Notes under the pieces: generated by a model | The model's input: the letters and a program-made list of their open reading frames with translations, nothing else | Told to the model about the DNA's origin: nothing | Database searches by the model: none | Translations under genes and position numbers: made by a program | NCBI GenBank assembly: GCA_017964045.1 | Contig: JAGCSQ010000010.1 | Span: 1 to 54,268 of the forward strand | Direction: 5' to 3' | DNA length: 54,268 nt | Origin: Paludibacteraceae bacterium | GTDB lineage: Bacteria; Bacteroidota; Bacteroidia; Bacteroidales; Paludibacteraceae | Part shown: one piece after another, positions 18,401-26,000 of the stretch | Numbering within the stretch: position 1 is the first letter of the stretch | How the letters are laid out: each line of letters starts with the position of its first letter

Positions 18401-20031
18401 ATCAGTCTAACCTGCGTTGCCTTGCAGTTTCTGATGTGAATATTTCTAAAATTACCACCCAAGGTGCTGCTGTTGACTTCCGTTACAATGGAGGTAATGA
18501 TGATGCAGTGATAGTAATTACTAAGGGTAATAGTCCGGATTATGCGTCAGCAATCGTTGTTGACACAATATACAACGATTCAACATATAGCATTACGGGT
18601 CTGCAAGCCTCAACAACATACAACGTGTTTATTGCTCGTCTATGCGATGAACAGTATGGTCTATCAGGTTGGACTAAGAAGAAATTCTCAACTGCCCTTG
18701 GCGTACGCTTTGAACCGGTGTTTGCTCAATCTGGTGCTTTAAATGATTGGGGATTGTATTCCGGATTGTATCAGGGGAAAAATACAGCGCTGACCGAATC
18801 AAGTTCGGCTTGGTCAATCACCTCAAGCTATAATGTTATAGGAGATGCCGATGCTAAAGCTAATATTTGGGGAACATCTTCATATAAATGGCTTGTTACT
18901 CCTGTTATTGACTTATCGTCGAATGTCGGAGATGGTTTATTACTGCACTTTGAGGCGGCTTTGACTAAATATAATAGTCGTGAGGCATCAAACGGAGATT
19001 GTAGTGATGACAGGATGCTTGTTCTTGTGTCAACTGACAATTGCCAGACATGGACTGTTCTGGCAGAATGGAATAATACCGGTACAGGTGATTATGCTTA
19101 TGATGACCTGACTAATTCCGGCACAGCGTTCCATATCAATATGACGGAATATGCCGGTATGTCTAATGTTCGTATTGCATTCTATGGGGAAAGTACTGTA
19201 TCCGGAGCAGATAATGATTTGCATATTGGTAATATTATTCTTGACCGATGCGTTGCTGAAAACTACACTGCCCGTGTATGCTATGGCGACGACTACGATG
19301 GAAGCATTGATACTCCGGCGAACAGTTTCTATGTTGAGTTCGAGGATTACGAGGTTGGCATTAACTTGCGTAGCGAGTATCGTCCTGCTATTGACGAATC
19401 GGATGTGGATTCAATGCTCGTGCTGATGCTTACCGTTGACACAGCAGCACGCTATTCATACCCGCTGGTAATCTGCGAGGGTGAGCACTATAGCGATGAT
19501 AACTTCAACTTCACAGCTGTCTATGGTATGCGTAATCCGAGCCGTATCATTTCTACTGCCGCTTGCGATAGCGTTGTAGAGCTGAACCTTACGGTTAATC
19601 CTAAGCTCACAGAGCATGTTTACGACTCTGTATTGAGTGGCGATGCATACCTCTGGCATGGTACGGAAATCTATCTCCAGGGTAACTATCCGTTCGATAC
19701 GATTTCTACTGTCACCGGTTGCGACAGCGTGGTAGTGCTCCACCTTACAACCTATGTGGAGACTGCTCTTGAAGAGAATAGTGTATATAACCTTAAGCTC
19801 ACACCTAATCCGGTGGAGAAAGGACAACAGGCATATATCCTTAATAGCTTTAGTCCTGCTGAACTCAGCGAACTGAGGCTTGAGGTATATAGCGCATCCG
19901 GAGCTTTGGTATATAGTGCAAGCTCGCTATCTGAGCCGTTGGTAGTACCGGGCGTAGGTACAAGCGGATTGCACCTGGTTCGTATAATCACATCGTCGGG
20001 AACATATATCTCGCCGTTGGTAGTTAAGTAA
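9493..20031 (+). CDS. Giant-locus protein B: 3512-aa secreted protein with alternating lectin/choice-of-anchor-J-like and FN3-like modules and a T9SS type-A CTD
   Basis: Signal peptide (M)CMKRYLLVVLAACVCIINGFA; an alternative ATG lies at 9499. Eleven FN3-like modules each end in a YY(V/A)Y(V/I/A)R..C-type motif. Twelve intervening modules include six with an S.D.G.TW-type motif (e.g. VSDDGGATW). Three Cys-rich modules follow, then the tail LTPNPVEKGQQ...LEVYSASGALVY...GLHLVRIITSSGTYISPLVVK. Confidence 0.8.
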   Translation: MCMKRYLLVVLAACVCIINGFAAVPYLLNESFEEGIPDNWTQEVLSSEQALWAVDTEDTYPAGAFDGSKRIALRNATGENKGYVTRLITPVMNLATTPDPQLVFAFAQPARAGFHDTLAIYFRLKSTSDWILLRKYTDVQNRWKEEVINLVATYGQATAFQLAFEANEWMGRGIVLDNIRIFPKSQCDSVVISGVVPASHSAEIIWTGDLDATYEVLLDTVSITDPAAYDKTKAIYYNNNIDGYDGGVTVTGIPSSPNYFVYVRATCSDNESGYTNWATYRFATSAAFPFVPSFADSIPAMWELKAGAVGSPLAALEDSGKDGWQHTSSNIIVGDAHVYSQTISSSSAAWLITPLIDMEDAIADQIDLKFLLGVSGSASSVTTPSSYSLGDALLYILVSQDEGATWIRQDSLFAVDLSTTAQRFTIDMTAYKGTNIRIAFVVSASSSYIYFHLGKISLVDMNPACAGISNLNILPTLDGAELSWSLRGTNKNAVIHVSSNNEYTDTLQLINVSETSATISALTSNTSYYVTVRQDCNLDELLLGSFHTECDRFTVDDGTVWTEGFENMELGSSTSDAPDCWALLNANQGTYPYIFVNNESDYVHTGSKSLYFVSSNSIYEYAIMPAFNDINDLQISFSYKDENAYYSGYLELGYMTNPTDAESFVSLVKYDRSTSWVTTDPVSLEQIPASDAARARVAFKYGGASTNYYLGIDDITLSHLPFCRQIGKVSVSEITENGAVINFGATAHSQSYHLVLSTTSIDPDTYETSDSVVLSQNYPTNRIALEDASILQPNTHYYVYVRSFCGDDSYGEWADEIDFHTQCTAFDVNNFGVEDFREGGNFDCWTTDYRTKRTSDAKCSNTRVHDDIYGDYLLLSHEAVDTITHDGAYAITPQLAFEAGDNITNYQVTFSAATISQVATNLHKLRVAIVFSTSDLSIQYTVKTIDLAYAADSNAVQDYTVTFANYPGYMGYYGNYVMFASAEADDHDSTNYVLIDNVTFERASSCPQVIKSSVESVGLHNAELSWEDTGAPEYEVMVSPTKTRQPEELTDAVYTTKVTTNKATLTSLAQTSQYYAYIRGICGVGDSAKWSNAIAFRTANGVPYAEYFDSYKSSTYPVDEWRGYRGDSLVKDIVDVQKMSVNTTSSFGWYFASKPNQVSNMDSIVVRMNIYSKSYTSMLVSPSITFEQPADGMGYLLSFRAAAVPFSTSYSLPITDATDHFFKVMVSTDDGKTFIKHASWEVGKGDYDYNSIKENAIVGKVDLSEFAGKTIKLGFIGGSENSTTPDTYFYIDSVAVREYSTACGGASRLSATVDENMFAEITWHITGNPQVSILEMDDTPEFENPIVSITTSSTSFTYKNLASSTTYYVRVKQDCQDAEWVTASFTTPYGVPFVQSFDVSEIPSDWSLLEGSPSSVFGGSKPVNSTQSASYIWKVNTNAVGSLPANHVSQYMYKGYYYGSAYFYGDNQWLTSPVISLSDVFAGDSLEFGFDVAYSRSATTLTAPSSSTNDHSLLLLVSDDGGATWKKANSWEWTQSDNTANVIFPISSISGQVASVKIDFSQFAGRNIRFAFVSTFEDGSAYFHLGNVYLKKIIPNCDAPSAMSATGGDHSIALTWTADAAKPTIVEIALNEEFTRGVRRDTVSAGLDTVIGGLQSGTIYYTRIRQICKGGETEYSPIDTALTECSAITDEVWYENFDAMTTGSKTSAEPAMCWNLLKANGIGISASSANYIYVTTTAAYVHTPNKALYFQNDGANNAYVILPEIADLSTKRIVFYHSYSSVKNSGKFVVGYITDVADESTFVALDTVSHGALDKTPARVALSLESFPVGVNARLAIAYCGGTKTAYAGIDDITIEPLPTCLAVEDLSISGITGTSAVASFSAHSNADHYEVLAATQALDVNWKLTVADSAKIVFYERNLVLPQCSITNLLGSTGYYVYARVACGESEYGDWSDAAIFHTDCDAIVSYPWIEDFESYVADSVINDVCWRDIHSKGTGSQIAKTSSATAGDNTSMKLSVASLSSGNKVMVATPYFSILEADKYEFSIDVFRNIKSTAHKGLLHIYLSASDTIDAAAVKLATVPRSWSFAPVSENSDTVKAESASGWYTYTFAIPQVGDRRIILEYENSSSAIMVDNLGVREIPNCADVRGLKAVEVKGKTAIVTLDSVAWQYNFIATTAEIDPDTLANVAEGIVILNVLQPEDTVTITGLQPISTYYVYARTLCEEGYGYWSNPIIISTGCGAAISALPWTENFNSLTSGIPQCWDNSKGTTTSESYKWNVYPSGHSGACLRFDSYSNSSNNTNILVTPAIELVKYVTFSFYWKNPAGGECKVQISKDGGATKTTLLSEMTNVSDWTQYELDLSQFYGETVNIYFSATSNWGYGDAYLYLDDISINILPTCRVVTDIHANVSDTSAIISFNHTNEGAAFQVITANSAIVPSRIDGAGLDMSKIISIDTVAEALDTVYGLDAQTKYYVYIRVLCDDTDKGEWASSDFTTACGAVDVPYTINFENELSNYAPSCWTVLKDGGSYPYVYSGSSLSHGGNKSFAWGASSTSSTQYRSWVSLPAINNSLSGLEMSFWIRSVTESYTTSEQAHDSLIVGVMNDPTDKTTFVRVQGFQPKSAYEQVFVDFSSYTGEGRYIAFLRQPLGTPSASGAYSYGYYEDYYYDLPPIIDDVDVHLIPACPALRTLEATGVTASEATISLGSNTTVNHEVIVVTERINPDTVALVPASSIVLHEISTTASYALTRLVPSTTYYVYARNNCDATTLGNWKDMSFTTAYAATIPFIEDFAAGAQPDNWNRYSGLASSVFAGGKLTAYTSGWVFNNTNVFGTYHTKLNVYGPSCHYWLVTPNILLPESDENTGVALEFDVALSVYNYSTAPSVSGITDDKFIVAISLDGGETWLQKDATIWASDGSGQHSYTALNEVPEHITIDLTAYAGKSIMIGFYGESTVSGGDNDLHIANVSVNQSNLRCLAVSDVNISKITTQGAAVDFRYNGGNDDAVIVITKGNSPDYASAIVVDTIYNDSTYSITGLQASTTYNVFIARLCDEQYGLSGWTKKKFSTALGVRFEPVFAQSGALNDWGLYSGLYQGKNTALTESSSAWSITSSYNVIGDADAKANIWGTSSYKWLVTPVIDLSSNVGDGLLLHFEAALTKYNSREASNGDCSDDRMLVLVSTDNCQTWTVLAEWNNTGTGDYAYDDLTNSGTAFHINMTEYAGMSNVRIAFYGESTVSGADNDLHIGNIILDRCVAENYTARVCYGDDYDGSIDTPANSFYVEFEDYEVGINLRSEYRPAIDESDVDSMLVLMLTVDTAARYSYPLVICEGEHYSDDNFNFTAVYGMRNPSRIISTAACDSVVELNLTVNPKLTEHVYDSVLSGDAYLWHGTEIYLQGNYPFDTISTVTGCDSVVVLHLTTYVETALEENSVYNLKLTPNPVEKGQQAYILNSFSPAELSELRLEVYSASGALVYSASSLSEPLVVPGVGTSGLHLVRIITSSGTYISPLVVK

Positions 20032-20090
20032 AAAAATATATTGATATATATTTATAGTCAACATTATTATTAACTTAAATTTTAAAGCTT

Positions 20091-23000
20091 ATGAGAAGAT
20101 TTATTCTTAAAGTTACGTCCCTATTGATGGTACTGTGTTGCTGTCTGGGGGTTCCTCATTCCTATGCGGAAGATTGTATTACCATAGGTGAGGGGACAGA
20201 AGCTAAAGCAACTAGTGCTCCTGTCGGTTCTTATTATGGTTATGAGAGGCACATTATGTTGTATAAGGCCTCGGATGGCATTGCTGCCGGAACTATTAAT
20301 TCTTTAGCATGGTACTACACTTCATCGAAATCTGTACCAGTTAAAATTTATCTGAAGAATACTGTAGAAACGGAGGTTCCTTCATCAGGTTCTTGGAATA
20401 GTTTCATCGCAGATGCAGAGTTGGTTTATGATGCGACTGTTACTCTCGTTTCCAATGATTGGACGGTCATCGATATTGATGACTTTGAATACACTGGAGA
20501 TAATTTGATGGTGTTGGTTGCATCTAATTATGGAGGATACGGTGGTGGAACAATTAGTGCTCAATGTTCAACGGCAGATGAAAACTCTAATGGCTATTAT
20601 CGTGTTGATAGTAGTATTGATGATAGTCAATCTAAGACGTTTACCACCGATGCTAGTAGAGCAAACATACAATTGTGTATAGAGCCTGCTGGTGAGGTTA
20701 CTTGTGCTAAACCTACTGGATTGGCTTATAACCCGCTGACACTGACTGCAACTACAGCAACGTTCAGCTGGACTGCCGGTGGCGAGGAAACAGAATGGCA
20801 ATATCTGTGCATTCCTGCAGCAGATGCTGTTGATTGGGATCAGTCTGAAACTACAGACGAGAATCCGTTACTTGTAGAGGAACTTGAGCCGCAAACAGCC
20901 TATAAGTTCTATTTGCGTGCTTATTGTGGCGATGAAGAGGGACAGCAAAGTCATGCACTTTCTGTAGCATTCACAACTCCTTGTGCTGCAATATCAGCAT
21001 TGCCGAAATCATTCGACTTTGAAGCTGCTGATGCACTCGCTTGCTGGACTGTAGGTAACTTGCAGAGTGCAAGTACTTCTTATATTCCTTCGCGTTCATC
21101 CAGTGCAAAGCACAATGGTTCTTATGGATTAGAGTTGAAGGCATATTACAGAATTACTACATACTCAACAACATCTGCAGATAGTGCATACGCAGCTCTT
21201 CCTGTGATTGATTGGGGAGCAAATGGTATTCAAAAACATACTATGTCTTTCTATGCTAAGTCTGTTGGTAGCAGTGCTACATATAACAAGCACTTGTATG
21301 TCTATGCAACTGATAATCTCGCATCTTTCACTCTGTTGAAAGACATTGAGCTTACAACATCGTTTGAACAATATGAAATTGATTTTCGCAATTATGTAGG
21401 TCTTGGTAGATACATTGTCTTCTTTGCTACTATTCCGGAAAGTCATAGCAGTTATTCGACTGATTACTATGGCCATTTCTATATTGATGATATTGAGGTG
21501 TTTGAGACTCCGGCATGCCTGCCGCTCAAGTCAATCTCTATTAGTGATGTAGAGCGTCGCTCATTCAAGGTGACCTTGACACCGAAGGATGGTGTTGCAC
21601 TCGGTACATACGACCTCGTATGCTCTGATGTTGCACTGGATAATGATGCACTTGAGATTGCTTCTAAAACTGTTGTAAGCGCTGCTTCACACGTTGTTTC
21701 AGGTCTTGAGCGTGATACCAAATACTATGTGTATGTTCGCGCAAACTGCGATGCAGATGGTGTAAGTACATGGGTATGCGATAGCGTTAAAACAAATGGT
21801 TTGAATGGTGAAGGTGTAGTAATCGTGGCAGAAGGAAGTACATCGAATTCAAATGTTCCTGTTTGGGGATACAATGCAGATTCTCAGCAACGTACTCAGT
21901 CTATATATCCAGCGTCCTTATTAACGGATCTGCAGGGACAAACGATCACAAAATTGATTTATTCGTTGTCTTCTGCAAGTTCTAAAACCAGCTGGCGTAC
22001 TGGGGCAAACGAGTTTGAGGTTCGTATGGGCATTTCTGTCTCTGAAAACTTGTCAACCGCTTGGGCAAGTGAAGATTTGGCACTCGTTTATAGTGGGGTT
22101 TTGGATGCTTCCGGTACATCAATGGAAATAACCCTTGCTACTCCTTTTGTATACACCGGTGGCAATCTTGTTATTGAATTCCAATTGCCGGCTGCAGGCA
22201 CATGGGAGAGCGCTACTTTCTACGGTATTGAGCAAACTGCAGGTAGTCGTTATGTTTATGGAGGATTAACTGCTGCTGGTACTGCAGCCGATTTCTTACC
22301 TCAAGTGGATTTCGTATATACGTATAACGCTGTGGCTTGCCCTGCTGTAACTAACCTTGCTGCCAATATTCTTGGCTCAGGTGCAACAGAGGAGAAGATA
22401 TCTTGGACAGCATCCGCTGCTGACTATCTGAGTGGCTATGAGTTTATTCTCAGCGATACAGCGATTGTCGCATTCAGCGAAGAAGAACTTGCTAAGAAAG
22501 AGTCGCTTGCTGCTGATGCAGTAGAGAAAGACCTTAATGGCCTAACTCCGGAAACTGAATACTTCGTTTACCTCCGTGCCGTATGTAAGGCAGAGAGCCA
22601 TGACGAGGGTGAGTCTGAGTGGGCATCGGTTAACTTTACAACTCTTGCTAACTGCCCGAAGGTAAAAGACCTTGATGCTGCTCTGGTTGGTCTCAATAAG
22701 GTTGAAATCTTCTGGGATGTTGCAAATGAAGAGCAAGACACCACTTTCTACTATGTGCTCTCTGATGTACAGTTGGATGGTGCAGGCATTGCTGCTGCAA
22801 CTCGTATTGAGGCTGATTCACTGCATGTGATAATTGACGCTCTTGATTACGATCAAGACTACTGGGCATACGTTGCAAGCAAGTGTGGAGCTTCTGTTTC
22901 TGACTATGATACTGTTCACTTCAAGACATTAGCGTCTTGCCAAGCAGTTGTTGACTTGCAGGCTACACGCATTGCACACAACCTTGTTGAGCTCAACTGG

Positions 23001-26000
23001 GCTAAGGCTGTGTATGCAACCGAAGCGCAGTGGGAGGTTGGTATCATTGGTGACGAATCTAAGAAGCAAATCGTTAGTGAACCCAAGGTTAAGATCTTTG
23101 GTCTTGAGCCAGAAACTTCATACGAGGCTTACGTAATCGCTCTCTGCTCAGACCTTGATCATAGTGACAGCACTAAGGTAAGTTTTGAAACTGCAGCGCA
23201 ACCAGGAGATTGCCAGCTAGTGGGTGAAGGAACATCTAACGGTAATATGCCTGTCACCATGTATGATTACGCATATACGCAGATAATCTATGATGCCTCA
23301 TCGATTGGTAAGGGTGGTAATATCACTTCCATTGAACTCAAGCGTTCGTCATATGCGAATGTGATGAACAACATGAAGGTTTATCTTGGTACTACCGAGA
23401 AGGCTGTCTTTGCAAGTACAAGCGATTGGGTAGCAGAAAGCGATCTTACGCTTGTATATGATGGTTCATTCCCTGTTGGTACTGCTGAGGATCCTCATCT
23501 GGTACTGAACTTGATTGCACCGTTTAATTACAATGGTACAGATAACTTGGTGGTAGCCGTATCTAACGGACATGGAAACTGGCAGAATATCCAGAATTTC
23601 TACTATACGTCTGTAAGCAATACAGTTCTCTATAATCGTAATGATGGTGATGCTAGTTATGCAGAGCACCCGGGAACGGCAGCCGGTAACGGCGGTTTGT
23701 CCGCTTATCGTACGAACATTGCGTTCTGCTTCGAGCCGAAGATCTGTCCGGATGTGAAGGCTCTTGCCGTCAGCGACATTACTAAGGAAAGTGCTCACAT
23801 TTCATGGGAGCCTATGGGTAGTGAGGTTCAGTGGAATGTATTCCTGAGTGACACTCTTGTAGAGGACTTCTCGGCAATCACATCTACTGTAATCGGTAAA
23901 CTTGATACCGTATTCTCCGGCCTCAGTGATGATGCTGACTACTATGCATACGTTCAACCCGTTTGCGTTGGTGCAGACAGTTGGGTTCATAAGGGCTTCC
24001 GTACAATTGCTTCTTGCCTTGCACAGAAGGATCTTGGTATCGCTCAAGAGGCAGATTCAATCACTGCTCATACGGCTAAACTTGTATGGACAGACCCGAA
24101 CGCTGTTCGTGCCGGTGATTATACCGTTGCATATGGTTTGAAGGATTCTATCGACTTCGATAAACCAGCTTCATATCAGACTCTTGCGTCAAGTGATACA
24201 TTTGCTCTGATTGGAAACCTCATTCCTGAAACAGAGTATCAGTTCGCCGTTAAGGCAAACTGCGGAGGCGGTGACGAGAGTCGTTACAGCGAATTGTCGG
24301 CAGCGTTCAAGACTGCTATCGGTTGCTTTAAGCCGAGTTCAGATCCGTCAGTTCCTGATAGCACGATTACCGCAACTACGGCTATCGTTCATTGGGCAGA
24401 CGAGCATGATGCTCCTGCTTACAAGGTGGCATACGGTTTGTATGACGAATTTGATATCAATGACGAGAGCAAGCGTATTATTGTTGATGCAACTGATACA
24501 TTCAAGTTGATTGAAGGTCTGCAGCCGAATTCTCGCTACAAAGTAATGGTTAAGAGCGATTGCGGAAGTTATGACGGCGAAAGCTCATGGACATGGTCTG
24601 AGGACTTCTACACTCACTGCCTTGCAGCAGAACTGCCTTTTAACGAAGGCTTTGAGTCTGCTGAAGAGTTCCGTTGTTGGACAGTTGGCAACTTGAAGAG
24701 TACGACCAGCTATATTCCGGCTCGTTCCACAAGTTATTCGCAATCAGGTTCGTATTCGTTATCTCTGAATGCTTATGGCACATCTTATGATAGCGCGTAT
24801 GCAGTATTGCCGGAACTGAATATCGGCGAAAATAGTATTAACCAGTATTCAATTTCGTTGTTTGCTAAGACTGGCAGCACATATGATACGTACAACAAGG
24901 ATCTTTACATTGGTATCGTTGAATCACCGGATGATATGAGTTCATTAGTGATTGTTGACACAATCAAGAATCTTACTACAAGTTTCGCTTCCGGAGAAGT
25001 AAGCTTGAGTAAATACACAGGTACGGGTAAATATATTGTACTGCTCGCGGCTAAGCCGACATCACAAACATACGGCTATGGCCAGTTCTACGTAGATGAT
25101 ATTGAGGTATTCAAGACCCCGACATGCTACCCACTCAAGTCTATGACTTTCAGCAATGTAGAGCGTCGTTCGTTCAAGGTAACATTGAGTCCGCGTGATG
25201 GACACGTTTTGGCTGCAGCACACGACCTCGTTTGCTCAACCGAGCGCCTTGACGAGGCTGGCCTTGAGGCTGCTGTTAAGGGCACGATTACCGATGCAGA
25301 CTCTGTATTCAGTGGGCTTACTCGTGACACTAGATACTACATCTACGCTCGCGCTAATTGCGGTAGCGAAGATGGCATCAGCGCATGGATTGAGGATAGT
25401 GTCAAGACTGCTGATCTGGGTACAGACTGTGATGGTATAGAACCTGTCACCGTGCTTACAGGTGATGGTTCTACGGTGGTAGACTATACTCCATGGGGGT
25501 CTTACTATAAACGTTACCATACACAACAGATTTATACTGCTTCAGAACTTGCTGCTGCCGGACTGAGCGCAGGATATATTTCCAAGGTTTCATTCCGTTA
25601 TGCATTGTCAACTTCTTACACTAAGACTCTGACTCTGTATTGTGGCACGACATCGGATAATTCGTTTGCAGGAACTACTTTCTATGAGCTTAATGAGGTT
25701 GCTGCAGCTAAATCGGTAACATTTGCATCTGCCGATACATGGTATGATTTCGATTTTGACACTCCATTCTATTGGGATGGTGCATCTAATGTTGTGATTG
25801 GTCTACTTGCTGTTGGAGATGATTATCCTGGTAGTGGAACTAAATGCTTCTATGGCGGGACAACTGCAGTCAATCGTGCTGTGTATAGTAGAATGGATAG
25901 TTCTAATCCAAGCATGACTTCAGGAACGGCAACAACAAACCGTGCAGATATCCGCTTTACAATCTGTCCGTTGGCAGTTGCTTGTCCCGCTGTTAAGGGC

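Noticed and set aside
20032-20090. An internal promoter between genes B and C in the AT-rich 59-nt gap.
   Set aside because: There is no TAnnTTTG match (TAAATTTTA lacks the G) and no terminator after B. The simplest reading is co-transcription of A-B-C.
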